Positions 11,498 through 21,154 of a stretch of DNA of 64,000 nucleotides are shown here, piece after piece (within the stretch, counting starts at the first letter, position 1; each line of letters begins with the position of its first letter). Made by a program: the position numbers and the translations under genes. The DNA lies in the NCBI GenBank assembly GCA_046563655.1, contig CM102290.1, positions 6,572,001 through 6,636,000 of the forward strand, written 5' to 3'. The notes under the pieces were generated by a model. The model saw only the letters and a list, made by a program, of their open reading frames with translations, was not told the DNA's origin and searched no databases. This DNA comes from Yuukianura sp. NJ FZ-2021 (Eukaryota).

Positions 11498-12504
11498 AAC
11501 GAATGCGTCTAATATCAGAATCAGAGTACAAAAACAAGTATGAAGAGCCAAACAAAAGTTCCAAAGAGTCACTTAAGATTGTGGGGGGTGGAAATGAAGA
11601 TTTAGAATACAAGAAGCAAACAATTTTATCAGTTGACGATGTACCAGATGATATCAAAGCTCTTTTATACTATGATTTTTCTCGCCGCCTTCTCCAAAAA
11701 CAAAAACTTTTGTCAAATCGTCCAGTTTTAGTCAAATCTATTTCTGAAACTACTCCTAATTTGACATCAAACTCAAACATCAGTAACAACAAGAACAACA
11801 ACAACAGCAACAATCCATCCAACTTGTTACAAAACATTGAGTATGTTACAGAACCATACATTTTAAAACAAGTACCAGGAAAGGATGCCAAAAAGTTTTT
11901 AAACTTTATGAAATTTAGTAATATTAGTTGGAATTCAGATTTGGAAATTTTAATTGATAATAAGCGGATTCCTTCTTCAAATATCATCAATGTCCTCTCT
12001 CAATTTGTTTCATTTAAAAAGAAAAATTTATCCGAAAGGCAAAAACAAAATCTTATCCTCAATCTACCAGTTGGATGGAATGATGTCAATGAACATTTAC
12101 AAAAATTTGAAGAAATCCAAACACCACCACAAACTGTTCGTAGAATTCTTGAGAAAGTACCAGCAGGAGAAGTTGGTAGTAGAAACTTAACTACTACAAC
12201 AGTTACCATTGAACCAACAACCCCCCTTTCATCCCTTTTTAAAGGCGATTCTGAAGGAAATGTTGAGGAGGAGGAGGGGGATGATGATGTGGAAAGTAAT
12301 ACATTTGGTACACCACCAACCTTGTCCCCACAACAACAACAGCAACAACAACAACATCAAAAATCATCTCCACCCAAATCTCTACCGATCAAAGACAGAC
12401 TCCGAAAACGAGGAAACGTAACTACTATAAATGATAGTACAAAAAGTAAAAAAAACATTGTCAAAAAACAACTTGCCAAAAGTTGGGAAGCATATAAAAA
12501 TTGA
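11494..12504 (+). CDS. Hypothetical Maverick protein (336 aa; Asn, Gln and acidic low-complexity tracts)
   Basis: Long ORF overlapping the upstream stop (ATGA). ISWNSDLEILIDNKRIPSSNI segment resembles the ORF commonly found at this position in Mavericks. Confidence 0.75.
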   Translation: MKRMRLISESEYKNKYEEPNKSSKESLKIVGGGNEDLEYKKQTILSVDDVPDDIKALLYYDFSRRLLQKQKLLSNRPVLVKSISETTPNLTSNSNISNNKNNNNSNNPSNLLQNIEYVTEPYILKQVPGKDAKKFLNFMKFSNISWNSDLEILIDNKRIPSSNIINVLSQFVSFKKKNLSERQKQNLILNLPVGWNDVNEHLQKFEEIQTPPQTVRRILEKVPAGEVGSRNLTTTTVTIEPTTPLSSLFKGDSEGNVEEEEGDDDVESNTFGTPPTLSPQQQQQQQQHQKSSPPKSLPIKDRLRKRGNVTTINDSTKSKKNIVKKQLAKSWEAYKN

Positions 12505-12595
12505 AAGTGCTCCCTGCTCCCCATGCTTGCAGGGATGCGCGCGCGCGCGGTCCCTGCTTTATCATGGTGGGTTTTAAACCCAACAATGCTACGCT

Positions 12596-12826
12596 GGGTG
12601 TTACTCCCTGCTGACCACGTGGGTTTTAACCCTGCGTGCAACTTGGGTTTTAACCCTGCGTGCAACTTGTATTTAAGCCCTGCGTGCAACTTGGGTTCAA
12701 GCCCTGCGTACAACTTGTATTTAAGCCCTGCGTGCAACTTGGGTTCAAGCCCTGCGTACAACTTGGGTTTAAGCCCTGCGTACAACATGGGTTTTACACC
12801 TGCGTGCAACCCGGGGTTTTAACCCC
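12596..12826. repeat. 24-bp tandem repeat array (8 full copies plus degenerate flanking copies)
   Basis: Unit GGGTTTTAACCCTGCGTGCAACTT and variants starting at 12621, 12645, 12669, 12693, 12717, 12741, 12765 and 12789. Confidence 0.95.
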
Positions 12827-12931
12827 TTCCCCCTTTACTTTGTTTTTAAGTAATAAGTAAACGTTGTATTTTATCTTAGTGTGATTTTATATTTCGTCCA
12901 ATAAACACGTGAATCTCAAAAAAAAAAAAAA

Positions 12932-13732
12932 ATGGCGCATCAACAACGTGATACCTCATTTTTTGTAACATTACAATCAAACGCATGTATGGATTTATTT
13001 CCAGATAACAAAATTTCAAATTTCAAGAACCGTCTTTCCACAACAATCTCACTGCCAGCTGGGCAATGGGAAGTTGCTCTTACTGAAATCTCATATACAT
13101 TTGGAAATGCTATAATACATTCTGGTGACGTGTTATTTTCAACTTTCAAAAAAAAGGAAGATGAGTCTGTGTCGTCGTTACAAACATATGTCTGCAGCAG
13201 AAACATTACAAGTGAACAGGAATTGTTACAAGAACTATCATATGCTCTAAGCGGAGCTACTTTTGAAATTAGGAATCACAGTTTCTATTATCAGTTCCCG
13301 TTGCTACATGAAGGAATTATAGTTTCACAAAAATTGGTTGATATTCTTGGACTACCTAAAGCAGATCTTTCTGTAAAAAGTAGTGCTAAAGCTACAGAAA
13401 AACTTTTTTTAAACCAACCTTTTCAACTCAAAGGTCAAGGAACAATGCCAGTGTTTTTTAATTCTGGAAATACAAAAATGTTTGTATACTGTAACCTTAT
13501 TAAACCACAATTTGTTGGAGATGTACTAGTACAGTGTCTGCGGGTTGTCAATTATGATGGACACATACGACATCAAGTTGTAAATGAATTTACACATCCA
13601 CATTTTTTGGACCTCGCCGTAAGTGAATTTGACACTGTCAAGATCTATTTATTAAATGAAGTTGGAGAAAATCTGGCACTACAATTTGGAAACGTGACGG
13701 CAACACTTCGCTTCCGTCAGCGAAAATATTAA
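12932..13732 (+). CDS. Minor capsid protein (penton)
   Basis: N-terminal FFVTLQSN...FPDNKISNF...L...WEVALTEISY and C-terminal MFVYCNLIKPQFVGD...LR motifs characteristic of Maverick penton. Confidence 0.9.
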   Translation: MAHQQRDTSFFVTLQSNACMDLFPDNKISNFKNRLSTTISLPAGQWEVALTEISYTFGNAIIHSGDVLFSTFKKKEDESVSSLQTYVCSRNITSEQELLQELSYALSGATFEIRNHSFYYQFPLLHEGIIVSQKLVDILGLPKADLSVKSSAKATEKLFLNQPFQLKGQGTMPVFFNSGNTKMFVYCNLIKPQFVGDVLVQCLRVVNYDGHIRHQVVNEFTHPHFLDLAVSEFDTVKIYLLNEVGENLALQFGNVTATLRFRQRKY

Positions 13733-13740
13733 GAACAAAC

Positions 13741-14187
13741 ATGAGAGCCCTAGTACCATACAATTGTGCCAGAGATGGCGCTCATCATTTCTTCAAATTT
13801 TCAACCCATCCCTCTTCTCTTCATCAAGTTGGCTACGGATCCCCCATATTTTTTTCTGGAATACGACGACAAAGGGGAGCAGGGTTAGGAGCTGTGCTAG
13901 GTACATTTGCAAGAAGGCTAGTACCATTTTTAAAAAAATATATCGCTCCGCATGCATTGACAGCAGCCCGCTCAGTTGCATCCGACCTAATTGAACGTAA
14001 GCGCCCAATCTCTGAATCACTTCGTTCACATGGTATAGACGCTCTTAAAGGAGTAGGACGGGACTTGCTGCGTCAGACAGGATCTGGACGGCGAGCCATA
14101 AAGAAGCGTAAAAAACGAAAGAATAAAAAGAAGAAGAAAATTGTCAAAAAGAAAACAAAACCTTCCAAACCAAGATACCTTTTTTGA
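13741..14187 (+). CDS. Basic core/membrane-lytic-type protein with repeated QxGxG motifs
   Basis: QVGYG, QRGAG and QTGSG motifs, amphipathic helix LGAVLGTFARRLVPFLK and Lys/Arg-rich tail; lies between penton and major capsid as in adintoviruses. Confidence 0.8.
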   Translation: MRALVPYNCARDGAHHFFKFSTHPSSLHQVGYGSPIFFSGIRRQRGAGLGAVLGTFARRLVPFLKKYIAPHALTAARSVASDLIERKRPISESLRSHGIDALKGVGRDLLRQTGSGRRAIKKRKKRKNKKKKKIVKKKTKPSKPRYLF

Positions 14188-14202
14188 ACAGCAACAAAGA
14201 AA

Positions 14203-15549
14203 ATGCCAAAAGTTAAATCTTCCAAAGTTTCTCCTAGCACAGCTTCTTCTTCTTTACCTTACACATTTGTTAGATCAGAAACACAACTCTTTGAAGAACC
14301 AATCTTTGATGTTAGTCTCGCATCAACCTCAGCTACGGAATTCCATTCAATCAATTCACTTTCAGACAATCAAGCCCCTCTAGAATTTTTTGTACAAGGA
14401 AATCAAACTGAACTAATCGACTTGTCTGAAACAAAACTTTATTTAAAAGTTAAAATTGTAAAGTCAAACGGCACGGATTTGGATGACAACAGCATTGTTG
14501 CACCAGCGAACAATTTCCTTCACTCGCTATTTCTACAGTGTTCCATATATCTCAATTAAGTTTTAATTACTCCTGCAAGTTTACAGTATGCTTACAGAGC
14601 ATACTTGGAAACTTTACTCGGATATGGAAAAGAATACAAACGCTCTCAAAGTCAATGCTCACTTTTCTACAAGGACAAGGATCCTAAATGTACAGATGAA
14701 ACAAAGGAAGATGGATTTAAACAAAGATACACATTTGCAGTCAAAAGCAAAACCATTGAAATGGTTGGACGTCCATTTACCGACCTTTGTGTCCAAAACA
14801 AATTCCTCGTTCCTTCAATAGACTTACGGATTTCATTTTTAAGATCCACACCAGAGTTTTGTCTTGTAGCCAAAGCAGCTGGTAACTACCAAGTTCAAAT
14901 TCAAGATGCTCGCCTCATTGTACAGCGCCATCAACTCCTTCCTTCATTACTAACTTCAATTCTCCAAACTTGGGAGCATGGAAGGCCAGCCACTTATCCA
15001 ATGAAACGAGTTGAAATTAAAACATATACTCTATCCCCTGGCACAGTTACCAACGTCAACGAAAATCTCATTTCTGGTGTCATATGTGATCGACTACTAA
15101 TCGGACTTTTACCATCAGAAAACTACATTGGATCTATAACCACAAATCCATTTGCATTTGAGCACTTTGACTTGAGCTACATAAATGTTAGCATTAATGG
15201 TGACTCTGGAACTTCACTTGGGACACATGTAGACTTTACGCAAGATCAATATGTTCAACTCTACCACAATCTATTTTGTAGTCTCGGAATTGCCAACGAT
15301 GACGTTGGACTAGATTTGAATCGCGAAGAATTCAAATCTCATCCGCTTATGCTATATAATCTCAGGCATTCAAAAGAAGGTTTTCCTACTCCCAAATACG
15401 GCAACGTCAAAATTGATCTAAAATTTAAAACTGCACTCAAAAGCTCTGTCACCGTCCTTGTCTATGCCGAATTTCAATCCGTCCTACACATTGATTCTTC
15501 AAAATCTGTATACTTTAGAGACTACAGTCTTGCTAGCCTTCAACAATGA
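14203..15549 (+). pseudogene. Major capsid protein (double jelly-roll) interrupted by one in-frame TAA
   Basis: ORFs 14203-14559 and 14605-15549 share a frame. Read-through gives NNFLHSLF..CSIYLN*VLITPASLQYAYRAYLETLLGY and later NPFAFEHF, both Maverick MCP motifs. Confidence 0.9.
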
Positions 15550-16070
15550 ATACACAACAAATTTACTCTTATCTTTCGAAAATTGTCGGCAAATATCCTT
15601 CTACTTTTGATGTGATTCCAATTGATCATTTGAATACCATGGAAATTTTCACCTATCCTCTTCTACTTGTCGTCAACAGTGCTCCTTCTCATCATCCAGG
15701 ACAACATTGGCTAGCCCTATTTAGGGAAAATTCAAAATCTCCACTAACATTTGTAGATTCTTATGGACTTGGTGTAGAAATGTATGATATAGCTCTGCAA
15801 AATTTTGCCAAACGTTTAAACACATCCATAATCGAAAATACAAAACAACTTCAAAGTATAAATTCTACAGTTTGTGGTGAGTATGCAATTTACTTTCTCT
15901 TTAAACTACTACATTCCTGCTGTTTAATGTCAATCTACTGTAACTTTAGTTCAAACACAATCAGAAATGATAAGCTAGTAAAGCGGTTTGTCAGAAAACT
16001 GCTATGTCAAATAGTTAAAACTATCCCCTACTATGGCCCAACTCAGTGTTGTACCCCACATACTAAATAA
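15546..16070 (+). CDS. Adenain-like cysteine protease
   Basis: Catalytic His (GQHWLA), Asp (FVDSYG), Gln (QLQS) and Cys (VCGEYAIYF). Confidence 0.93.
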   Translation: MNTQQIYSYLSKIVGKYPSTFDVIPIDHLNTMEIFTYPLLLVVNSAPSHHPGQHWLALFRENSKSPLTFVDSYGLGVEMYDIALQNFAKRLNTSIIENTKQLQSINSTVCGEYAIYFLFKLLHSCCLMSIYCNFSSNTIRNDKLVKRFVRKLLCQIVKTIPYYGPTQCCTPHTK

Positions 16071-16164
16071 AAACAACCAAAAAACGCCTTGTTTTTTAAT
16101 GCTGCACAACACTCACAATGGAGCTTTTATTTTTCAAAAGCCTTATTCCTTAAAAATAATATTT

Positions 16165-16620
16165 CTAATCGTGAGGCATATCTTCAATTTCCTCCTTGGC
16201 AGAAGCGACCTCTCTCAAGCAGCTTTGGAGTGTGTCCGTAGCCTTCTCCAAATCACACCCGACGGCACGGCAATAAATGTTTGTTAGTTTCCGCATGACA
16301 TATGGAATGTTCCGACCCTCAAAGTTGACCACCTTTCCCTTGCGTTTAAAGTACACCCAAGTGTATGGTCGTCCTTGAAAAACCGAGTCCCGATGGAAAA
16401 CGTCCAACTTTTTGTCATCCTCCACATAATTCAACACCTCACGATCCACGCCGTCATCTACGACCGCTTCATCTCCTAATACACAAAAAAAATCACTTTC
16501 CCAAATCTTTTCTATTGTGAGAATGAAAAAATTACCTCTCTTGTCCATTGTTAAAAATAAGAGCTTCCTTCTCCAAATGCTTCTCAGAAACTGAATGATT
16601 TGACATGCAACAAGTGCCAT
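16165..16620 (-). CDS. Hypothetical protein, probably with a 60-nt in-frame intron (16535-16476)
   Basis: ORF containing a T-rich GTAATT...TATTAG segment; upstream TATAAAA; product unknown. Confidence 0.6.
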   Translation of the reverse strand: MALVACQIIQFLRSIWRRKLLFLTMDKRGNFFILTIEKIWESDFFCVLGDEAVVDDGVDREVLNYVEDDKKLDVFHRDSVFQGRPYTWVYFKRKGKVVNFEGRNIPYVMRKLTNIYCRAVGCDLEKATDTLQSCLREVASAKEEIEDMPHD

Positions 16621-16731
16621 GATTTTATACCCCGCACAAAACGTACAGACAACGACTTTTTATTCAAATCGAAAAGGGGAGACAGCGAAACGTTTACAAT
16701 TCAGAAATAGGCATGAATCATATAGTGACGA

Positions 16732-18278
16732 CTACCAATTTCCATAGTCAGCAGCAATCGTTTCCAACTCCTTCACCAGCAAGTCCTTGGCTTCCATGTT
16801 CTCACCAAACTTAAATGTGAACGACTTTCCCGCCAAAATCTGCCCTCCCCGGGTGCTTGCTGAACTCCCTCTTCCGTTTTCCATCACAACAAGAACCCCC
16901 AAAGCATCAGCTGCAGCCAAAATCCTGTTCCAGCATTCCTTGTCCTGCGAAAAGCTGAACCTTGTTTGCTGACAGACACCGGACAAAGAAATTTCTTGTA
17001 GGGCTGGAAGTCTCGGAACTAGTTCCAAGAACACAACATGGTCAACCCCGCAAGAAAAATCAATGTGACCTCCAAGGCGGTCCAAATGTAGTTTTCTCAA
17101 ATTTGGTAGAGATGCAATCGATCTTACAAGTTCCCCACGTAACACATTTGCGCCGACCAGAGAAAGTTTGTAAATGGACTTCGGATAATTCTGCTGACAC
17201 ACAGTTTTGTGGAACCCTTGAAATCTTCCGTGTCCAAAGAAGAATGGGCTGTGGCTGTGGGGAATAAACTCCAGACGCAATTCCGTCAAATTATTCAGTT
17301 CCTCCAACCCCTCAATCCTATATGGCGACCTCGCGTCCATCACCACGTTACTAACATCCAACTTGCGTAGGCTTTCTTTGCTATTCTTGATTATTACAGC
17401 TAGCCGTTGCATTGAAACTCCGTCTAGTTCCACCTTCAAGCATTCAAAAGCATTTGGCAAGTCCACCAACTTCCACCAAATACTAAAAAACGAGGACGGG
17501 AAAGCGTAGTGCGGAAGACAACTGATCTCCAAAACCCGCAACTTTGGCAACACCACGTTTGCCACAGGGCCGATCTCTCCAAACTCCATATTGCTCCGCG
17601 TACATGTTAGGTTCAAAACTTCCAACTTCTCATGATGCCTTTGGATGAATTCGAAGAAGCTGTGAACTGTGCCCGGCTTGAATTTGTGACACAAATGGAA
17701 CTCGGAAAGTTGTGCTAGTACAAAGTCGGGTTTTGAGCACAAAATTTCAAACAACCCGGGCTGTTGGTGCCTTCCGCCATTTCCGTTGGACAAGCAGGAG
17801 TCAATCTTGAGTATTTTCAAGTTCTGGAAGTGGCTCACCATTTGAGACGGCGTGAATTGGGCACAATTGATCTTTCCAATTGCACCAACGTGAAAAAAGT
17901 TCATCGCAGGAACAAAGTAATACGTCCGAATTGCGTTCCGCAGACCGCTCATTGAACAAGCGCCAGAAAATGTTACCTCCTGGACCAGGCTGCGAAACTT
18001 GATTGCAGGCAGCGCTGCGTCACGGTAGTTTTTCAGAACAAGATGCCTCACTTTCGACTCCTTCACATGCGGCGGGAGCCACTTGTTATAGCACACCAGC
18101 TTCCACAATCCCAACCTAAACCAAAAAAAAATCCTTCAAAAAAAAAGCTCAGAATCGCAACAGGAAGCGCCTTGGGATATGTGACGAACCTGTCAACGCG
18201 TTTTCTCCACTCGCGAGACACAAGCCGCATTTTACTCAGCTCATTATTATTCAAATACGACAGAACAAGGGCCAACAT
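16732..18278 (-). CDS. F-box / leucine-rich-repeat protein, 2 exons, about 490 aa
   Basis: Exon 18278-18190 (VLSYL..EL.KMRLVSREW..VD, F-box) splices through a 74-nt GT-AG intron in frame to 18115-16732, which has repeated LxxLxL motifs (LPKLRVLEI, LNNLTELRL, LPNLRKLHL). Confidence 0.85.
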
Positions 18279-19109
18279 CTAGTTAACAAAAAAATTCATT
18301 CATTTTTTCGTATATATATATCCTTCGCGGCTAAAGATTTTCCTGTTTGGGGAAACGTGAGAATCGCCCCCTTCCCCTCCTCGAAATTTCTCTGAAAAAA
18401 AACTGTCAACTCTTGCATTGCCCCGCATGATGTAACCAGTCTCACCATGCCCCACTTGACGTAAATCCAAAAACACTCGAATTCTCACATAACCCCGTAT
18501 GGTGGAGATTCTAAAACACCCAAATTCTCACATAACCCCGTATGATGTCAATCCTACAAAACCCTACCCAACAGCTCACCTCATTCGGAAGGCTTTCCAA
18601 CTTCGGGTCTTCCATTGCCCCAAATGTGTTATAATTTGTGCTTTTGCTGGTTTTCTAACAAGCGTGAGGTACTGTTACAAATGACAAAACAACTCAATTA
18701 TATACCCCAGCTCAAGGATAAAACAAACGTTTCCTCAACGTCCAAAGTCTAAAAAAATGACGTCACCTGATAACACAGTCTAACAAGATAGCAACGATAG
18801 ACGATGATGGGATGCGTCCAAACTTTGTCTTCTCACCAAAGTACCACCTAACCAGCTACTACGACGTGAAAGTCCAAGGTCATGGGCCACCTACCAAAAC
18901 TCCTGACGTGATTATGCTAGACTTTCACAGTTTGAATTTCGATGATATTCTATTCACATTTCTTAAAAAACAAAGTTTTTCTAACGCATTTTTATAGTAC
19001 AAACAGCAAACCCACAAAAACCGAAAAGTACAACGAAAAAAAAATTCAATTTATTTTTTTGCAAACAAAACAAAAATGTTGTTTTTTTTTTAAATAGTAA
19101 TTCAAGTAT

Positions 19110-20479
19110 TTAAAACCCAACTCGGGTAAGGCGCAATCGCATGTTGCGAGTTTCGCACATTGGACCAGCAGACCCCCCCCGCTTTTTTGGAGGGCGCCCC
19201 CTTGGGCGTTTTGGCGGGACTGGCTCCTCCGCCACTTCCACTTCAGCCACTTCCCGCTTCACGGCAACGTTAGCAAGCTCTTGTTTGAGTCGATTCAACT
19301 CCTCCACAGCTTCCCGTTTTGCCGTTTCAGCCGCAGACGCAACTACTTCGGCCACTTGCTGGTTGTCCTGGGCAATTTTAGTACGCTCACGAAGTTCGCG
19401 CACTTTCTCTTCAGACTCCTCAAGTTTCTTGTGAACAATGTCAAACCTTGCGGCATAAGACACTTGTTCCTCCTTGTGACGAATGTTCGCCATGTGCCAC
19501 CGCGCCTCGGATTCAACGAGTTTTTGGCTCAATTCCGCACAGCGGGATTCTGAGGCTGCTCCCCGCTTGTTCGATTCGTCAATTAATCTTAAGTTGTTCG
19601 CCATGATTTTGTCCCTAAACAAAAATTGAAATTACTAACTACACAGAGAAACACAAACAAAAACTTGACAAAAAAAATTGACAACATTGAAAGATTGTTA
19701 AACCAAAAAAAAACACTTACCACGCCGTAGTACGACAGTTCAGCTCCGTTTCTTTTTTGTTCAGTTCCGCCTGCAAGTTCATAATTGTTTTCGTTTTTTG
19801 ACAACTGCCGAACTCCAACTCCGCAACTCTTTGACCCCTGAAAAAAAAACGAATTAAAAAAATTTAATTTTCACACATAACTTAAAAAAACTACAAAACG
19901 CTTACAATGCGTATTGCACAGGCAAGGCAGCGATCCTGGCCTGCAGATCGATCACCGTGCTTTCGATGATCTGAATGCGATCACTAAAGATTTTTAAAGA
20001 AAAACAAAATTTTGTTTAACATTTTTCAATTAAAACGTAAAAGAAAAATTACCTATCGGAAGTCACCACCAAACCGGACCAGGCCATGCCACATTCCTGC
20101 ATGGACAGAAACAGCCTTCGCCCCTCCACTTTCTCCCCAGTGGTCTTGACCATGGCCTGACACACTGGACATGCCGTCCTCAAAGAAAAAGCACACAGTT
20201 AGCACAAGGTTTAACTTAACATATAAAGTAGTAAAAGTACTTACTCAACTGTGGCCGAATCTCCAAGGCATCCAGGATGGACAGAATTAGCCCAATTCAG
20301 CATGCAAATCCTAAAAACGCAAAGTTTTTAAATCCTGACCAAACACGTAAATCCTAAGAATCTGATACAAATACTTACCAGTGCAACACGTGGTTGCACT
20401 CAGTTGAGATGACGATGGCCTTCACGTCCATCGGCTCATGGTCCCCGAACTTGTCCAAACACACGGGACAAATAACCAT
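19110..20479 (-). CDS. RING-H2 + coiled-coil + AT-hook protein, 6 exons, about 330 aa
   Basis: Exons 20479-20379, 20310-20245, 20178-20053, 19983-19906, 19837-19721 and 19614-19110 give one open frame: CPVC...ECNHVLHWIC...CPVC, long coiled coil, KRPRGRPPKK. Confidence 0.88.
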
Positions 20480-20937
20480 GGTTTTTTCTTCTTTTTTTTT
20501 TACGACAGAGATTGACAGCACAAACTCAACTTACTTTCAAATTAACTTTCAACTTACAACAAACCTCTTTATATCTTACGAACGAGGCGGACTTAAAAAC
20601 CAAAGCATTTAGAAATTGTGCAACTAAACAAAATACTCCATCGGGGTCGAAGGTTGGAATCCTAACGCTCCAAACAATTGTCACAGTGTCACAAGGACAG
20701 AAACTACAAATTTCTGTCCACATCCCAAAAGCATGCCAAGGACGTCCAACACTCAAATTAACATCATGTTTTGTCATGTGAATGACTCAGTTTTCAGATA
20801 TCTGATTTCAACAACAAAATGTCGTCAAGAACTGGCACAGCAAACTTACGATCTGACTTAACTTAAAAACTTAACGATCTTAACTTAACCTTTTCGTGAG
20901 TCACCCCCACAGACCAAAAACGCGCGAACGAATCCAG

Positions 20938-21038
20938 AACGTTTGACCTCAACCTTGCGTTCTTCCTAACTGACTCAACTCCCTCCGCAAAACGAATCCG
21001 GAACGTTTTACGTTCTTCGCGGAACTTACCATTCTACT
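20938..21038 (-). repeat. Right TIR of Maverick 1
   Basis: Reverse complement of 3150-3250; ends ATTCTACT followed by TSD CATGTC. Confidence 0.97.
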
Positions 21039-21154
21039 CATGTCATTCCCACTGACCTACTTCAGATTTCCAGCATAAAGCACGAATCAGCCAGCAGAAC
21101 TGAGATGGAATTTTCCCATCTCGGTTCTACTAGCTAAACTAAGGTTATTACTAA

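Larger units (their letters stand above)
3150..21038 (+). mobile_element. Full-length Maverick/Polinton (adintovirus-type endogenous DNA virus), 17,889 bp
   Basis: TIRs 3150-3250 and 20938-21038 beginning AGTAGAATGG; 6-bp TSD CATGTC at 3144-3149 and 21039-21044. Encodes pPolB, packaging ATPase, rve integrase, minor and major capsid and cysteine protease. Confidence 0.97.

Noticed and set aside
12596..12826. 24-bp repeats as a CRISPR array
   Set aside because: The units are contiguous with no unique spacers, there are no cas genes, and the context is eukaryotic.
12357..12860. Repeat-rich ORFs (12357-12809, 12523-12822, 12660-12860) as proteins
   Set aside because: They are open in several frames only because the 24-bp unit lacks stops; no coding evidence.
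18480..18997. 22-bp direct repeat (AATTCTCACATAACCCCGTATG, twice) and small ORFs 18499-18684 and 18812-18997
   Set aside because: Too short and without recognisable motifs to call a gene or regulatory element.
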